Assembly (NCBI RefSeq): GCF_000011465.1
Contig: NC_005072.1
Location: forward strand, 180,001-212,000
DNA length: 32,000 nucleotides
Source of the DNA: Prochlorococcus marinus subsp. pastoris str. CCMP1986
Lineage (GTDB): Bacteria; Cyanobacteriota; Cyanobacteriia; PCC-6307; Cyanobiaceae
Direction: 5' to 3'
The number at the start of each line of letters is the position of its first letter. Position 1 is the stretch's first letter. This document shows, one piece after another, positions 29,144 through 32,000 of this stretch. The notes beneath the pieces are model-generated. The model saw only the letters and a list, made by a program, of their open reading frames with translations. It was not told where the DNA came from and did no database searches. Position numbers and translations under genes: made by a program.

Positions 29144-30145
29144 ATGAATTTGATCATTCGCCCAAGAAGATTGAGAAGGACAGACGCAATAAGAGAGATG
29201 GTAAGAGAAAACCATCTGCATCCTCAAGATTTTATATATCCACTGTTTATTCACGAAAAGGATTTCCAAGAAGAAATATCTGCAATGCCTGGTATTTATA
29301 GATGGGACATGAATGGATTAATTAAGGAAGTTTCTAGAGCCTGGGAATTAGGTATTAGATGTATTGTACTTTTTCCAAAAATTGACGATAGTTTAAAAAC
29401 AGAAGACGGATCAGAATGTTTCAATGAAGCTGGTTTAATACCTAAGGCTATTCGAATATTAAAAAAAGAGATCCCTGAGATGGCAATTATGACTGATGTT
29501 GCCTTAGATCCCTATTCATGTGATGGACATGATGGCTTGGTTGATGACAATGGAAAAATATTGAATGATGAAACCATTGAGATTCTGAAAAAACAGGCTA
29601 TTACTCAAGCAAGAGCGGGAGCAGATTTTATTGGTCCAAGTGACATGATGGATGGGAGAGTTGGAGCTATAAGAACTGCTTTGGATATTGAGGGATTTAG
29701 CGATGTGGGAATTATTAGCTATACCGCAAAATTTTCATCTGCTTATTATGGTCCTTTTAGAACAGCATTAGATTCTGCCCCGAAAGAGAATAATAGGAAA
29801 ATAATTCCAGATAATAAATCAACATATCAAATGGATCCTGCTAACTCTAGGGAGGCTTTAATTGAATCGGCATTAGATCAATATGAGGGTGCAGATATTT
29901 TGATGGTTAAGCCTGGTGTCTCTTATCTAGACATAGTTTATCGGCTGAGTACTTTTTCAAATAAACCAATAGCTGCTTATAACGTGAGTGGAGAATATTC
30001 AATGGTAAAGGCTGCTGCTATGAAAAATTGGATTAATGAAAAGGATATTGTTTTAGAAACATTGCTTAGTTTTAAAAGAGCAGGGGCAAAATTAATACTC
30101 ACCTATCATGCTTGTGATGCATCAAAATGGTTGAATGAGAAGTAA
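29144..30145 (+). CDS. hemB: Delta-aminolevulinic acid dehydratase (porphobilinogen synthase)
   Basis: 333 aa; 'RPRRLRRTDAIREMVRE', 'FPLFIHE'-type 'YPLFIHEKD', 'DVALDPYSCDGHDGL', 'MVKPGVSYLDI', 'YNVSGEYSM'. Confidence 0.97.
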   Translation: MNLIIRPRRLRRTDAIREMVRENHLHPQDFIYPLFIHEKDFQEEISAMPGIYRWDMNGLIKEVSRAWELGIRCIVLFPKIDDSLKTEDGSECFNEAGLIPKAIRILKKEIPEMAIMTDVALDPYSCDGHDGLVDDNGKILNDETIEILKKQAITQARAGADFIGPSDMMDGRVGAIRTALDIEGFSDVGIISYTAKFSSAYYGPFRTALDSAPKENNRKIIPDNKSTYQMDPANSREALIESALDQYEGADILMVKPGVSYLDIVYRLSTFSNKPIAAYNVSGEYSMVKAAAMKNWINEKDIVLETLLSFKRAGAKLILTYHACDASKWLNEK

Positions 30146-30200
30146 AAACTCATTAAAGTTAAAAAATTTGTTTATTCTTATATAAATATTATTAATTATT

Positions 30201-30593
30201 TTGCTTTTAAAAAGTTCAAAAGGTGTCCAAAGAATCGGACATATTGCACTTAGAGTAGAAAATCTAGATAGAGCTAAGTCTTTTTATTTGAATTTAGGTA
30301 TGCAATTAATTTGGGATGATAAAGATTGGTGCTATCTGGAGGCTGGTAAAGGGAAAGATGGACTTGCTTTATTGGGGACTAGTTATAAAGCAGCTGGTCC
30401 ACATTTTGCTTTTCATTTCGAAGATAAAAAGGAAGTGGAAAATATTTATTCAGATTTAAAAAAATCTGGAGTGAAAGTTGCACCTATTCATGAACATCGA
30501 GATGGAACGGCTTCTTTTTATATGCAAGATACAGAAGGTAACTGGCTTGAAATGCTTTATGTTCCTGCCGGTGGGATTAAATCAAATATTTGA
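30201..30593 (+). CDS. VOC-superfamily (glyoxalase/bleomycin resistance-like) protein
   Basis: 130 aa; 'RIGHIALRVENLDRAKSFYLNLGMQLIWDD', 'FYMQDTEGNWLEML'. TTG start at 30201 is uncertain. Confidence 0.82.
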   Translation: MLLKSSKGVQRIGHIALRVENLDRAKSFYLNLGMQLIWDDKDWCYLEAGKGKDGLALLGTSYKAAGPHFAFHFEDKKEVENIYSDLKKSGVKVAPIHEHRDGTASFYMQDTEGNWLEMLYVPAGGIKSNI

Positions 30594-30606
30594 TTATTTC
30601 GATTGA

Positions 30607-32000
30607 ATGATAGAGAAAAGTCATTATAAAAATTCATCCGCTCATAGATCACTTTCAGAAGAATCTATAAGTCTTTTAGAATGGGATAATTTAAAAATTC
30701 AGCTCTCCTCTTTTGCTTCTACAAAAATGGGAGAAAATGCAATATTAGAGTCTGAGATTCCTACTGAATATGAAATTTCCAGAAGATTATTGCAAGAAAC
30801 TATCGAAATAAATGAGTTAGAAAAGACCTTAGATAAATCTATTAGTTTTTCAGGTGTATTTGATATAAGTAAAAATATTGAGATTTGTTCAAAAGGAGGG
30901 GTTATTAATTCTTCTGAATTATTAGAAATAGCAGAAACAATATCTGCGGCAAAAGATTTAAAAAAAATACTCTTAGATTTTGAGGCAAGACCTTTTATTT
31001 CTTCTTTTTTAAATCGTTTAATTGATCATAATCAAATTGAAAAAATTCTAAAAAATGGTATTGAATCAAATGGTAGAATTTCCGATCGAGCTAGTCAGAA
31101 ATTAGCTAATCTTAGACAAGATTTATTATCTAAGAAATCAGAAAGAAGGATATTAGTAGATAAATTTATTCAAAAAAATATTAATTATATTCAAGATACT
31201 ATTATTGGTGATAGATATGGGAGACCTGTTGTAGCTATAAAAGTACAATTTGGTGAGAAATTCAAAGGTATAATTCATGATTCTTCTGCATCAGGAAATA
31301 CCATATATTTGGAGCCAGAATCTATTGTATTTAAGGGTAATAAAATTGCTTCAATGGAAGCCAGAGTAGCAGGAGAAGAATTTAAATTATTAAAAGAATG
31401 GTCACAAATTGTTAGTGATAATGATAAAAGCCTTATTGAAATGTCAGATATTCTATTGAGAACTGAGCATGCTCTTATACGTTCAAGATATTCAAATTGG
31501 ATTGGAGGTAATGCTCCAATTGTTGAGAATAATCCAATAGTTAATTTAATAGGTTTTTCGCATCCTCTTTTGATTTGGGAAAATAAAAAAAAAGAAGCTC
31601 CCAAACCAGTATCTATAGATTTTCATATAAATAGAAATACTAAGGTAGTAGCCATAACGGGTCCTAATACTGGAGGCAAAACTGTTGCTTTAAAAGGTCT
31701 TGGAATAGCATTATTAATGGCTAGATCGGGATTATTTATTCCATCAATAAAAAATCCAATTATCCCTTTTTGTCCAAATATATTTGTGGATATTGGTGAT
31801 GATCAATCCTTGGAGGGAAATCTATCTACTTTCAGTGGGCATATTTTGCGTATTAGAAATATTCTGGAATCTCTTAATAATAAAAAGGGGCTATCAGTTG
31901 TTTTATTAGATGAAATAGGATCTGGGACTGATCCCTCTGAAGGTACCGCTCTTGCAATCGCATTACTAAAAGAATTCGCAACCCTATCTGATATAACTCT
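30607..32000 (+). CDS. mutS2: Endonuclease MutS2 (5' part, truncated by the window end)
   Basis: Open frame from ATG 30607 to the window edge: 'MIEKSHYKNSSAHRSLSEESISLLEWDNLKIQL...', Walker A 'AITGPNTGGKTVALKGLG', 'LLDEIGSGTDPSEGTALAIALL'. Absent from the ORF track because it runs off the end. Confidence 0.94.
   Translation, partial: MIEKSHYKNSSAHRSLSEESISLLEWDNLKIQLSSFASTKMGENAILESEIPTEYEISRRLLQETIEINELEKTLDKSISFSGVFDISKNIEICSKGGVINSSELLEIAETISAAKDLKKILLDFEARPFISSFLNRLIDHNQIEKILKNGIESNGRISDRASQKLANLRQDLLSKKSERRILVDKFIQKNINYIQDTIIGDRYGRPVVAIKVQFGEKFKGIIHDSSASGNTIYLEPESIVFKGNKIASMEARVAGEEFKLLKEWSQIVSDNDKSLIEMSDILLRTEHALIRSRYSNWIGGNAPIVENNPIVNLIGFSHPLLIWENKKKEAPKPVSIDFHINRNTKVVAITGPNTGGKTVALKGLGIALLMARSGLFIPSIKNPIIPFCPNIFVDIGDDQSLEGNLSTFSGHILRIRNILESLNNKKGLSVVLLDEIGSGTDPSEGTALAIALLKEFATLSDIT

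Noticed and set aside
30607-32000. MutS2 as a novel nuclease/defence ATPase
   Set aside because: The sequence is a conventional MutS2 N-terminal and ATPase region; the Smr domain is simply outside the window.

Overview
This is a low-GC window that looks like core chromosome of a high-light Prochlorococcus-type marine picocyanobacterium. The assignment is inferred from gene content, base composition and protein motifs; no database search was run. Gene order, left to right: nadC(-), mnmE(-), DUF2062-like(+), relA/spoT(-), dual-ATPase peptide-type ABC protein(+), rluD-like(-), rbgA/ylqF-like(-), pgk(+), secreted hypothetical(-), murG(+), class I/II aminotransferase (CobD/HisC-like)(-), pyrD(-), rnhA(-), rplL-rplJ-rplA-rplK-nusG-secE(-), ClpB2-like Hsp100(-), eno(+), ABC1/UbiB-like kinase(-), small coiled hypothetical(-), trxB(+), sbtB-sbtA-bicA (transcribed bicA>sbtA>sbtB, -), hemB(+), VOC/glyoxalase-like(+), and a truncated mutS2(+) that the ORF track omits. 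I found no tRNA/rRNA, CRISPR, transposase, prophage or defence locus, and no convincing new multi-gene system. The points most worth a second look are: a Hsp100 protein whose AAA1 arginine fingers appear to be replaced; a compact bicarbonate-uptake operon with a C-terminally shortened PII-like SbtB; a two-stem inverted-repeat structure directly upstream of rplJ that looks like an L10 autoregulatory leader; a perfect 8-bp hairpin between rplL and rnhA; an RNase HI with a long C-terminal extension; and an orphan dual ABC ATPase.
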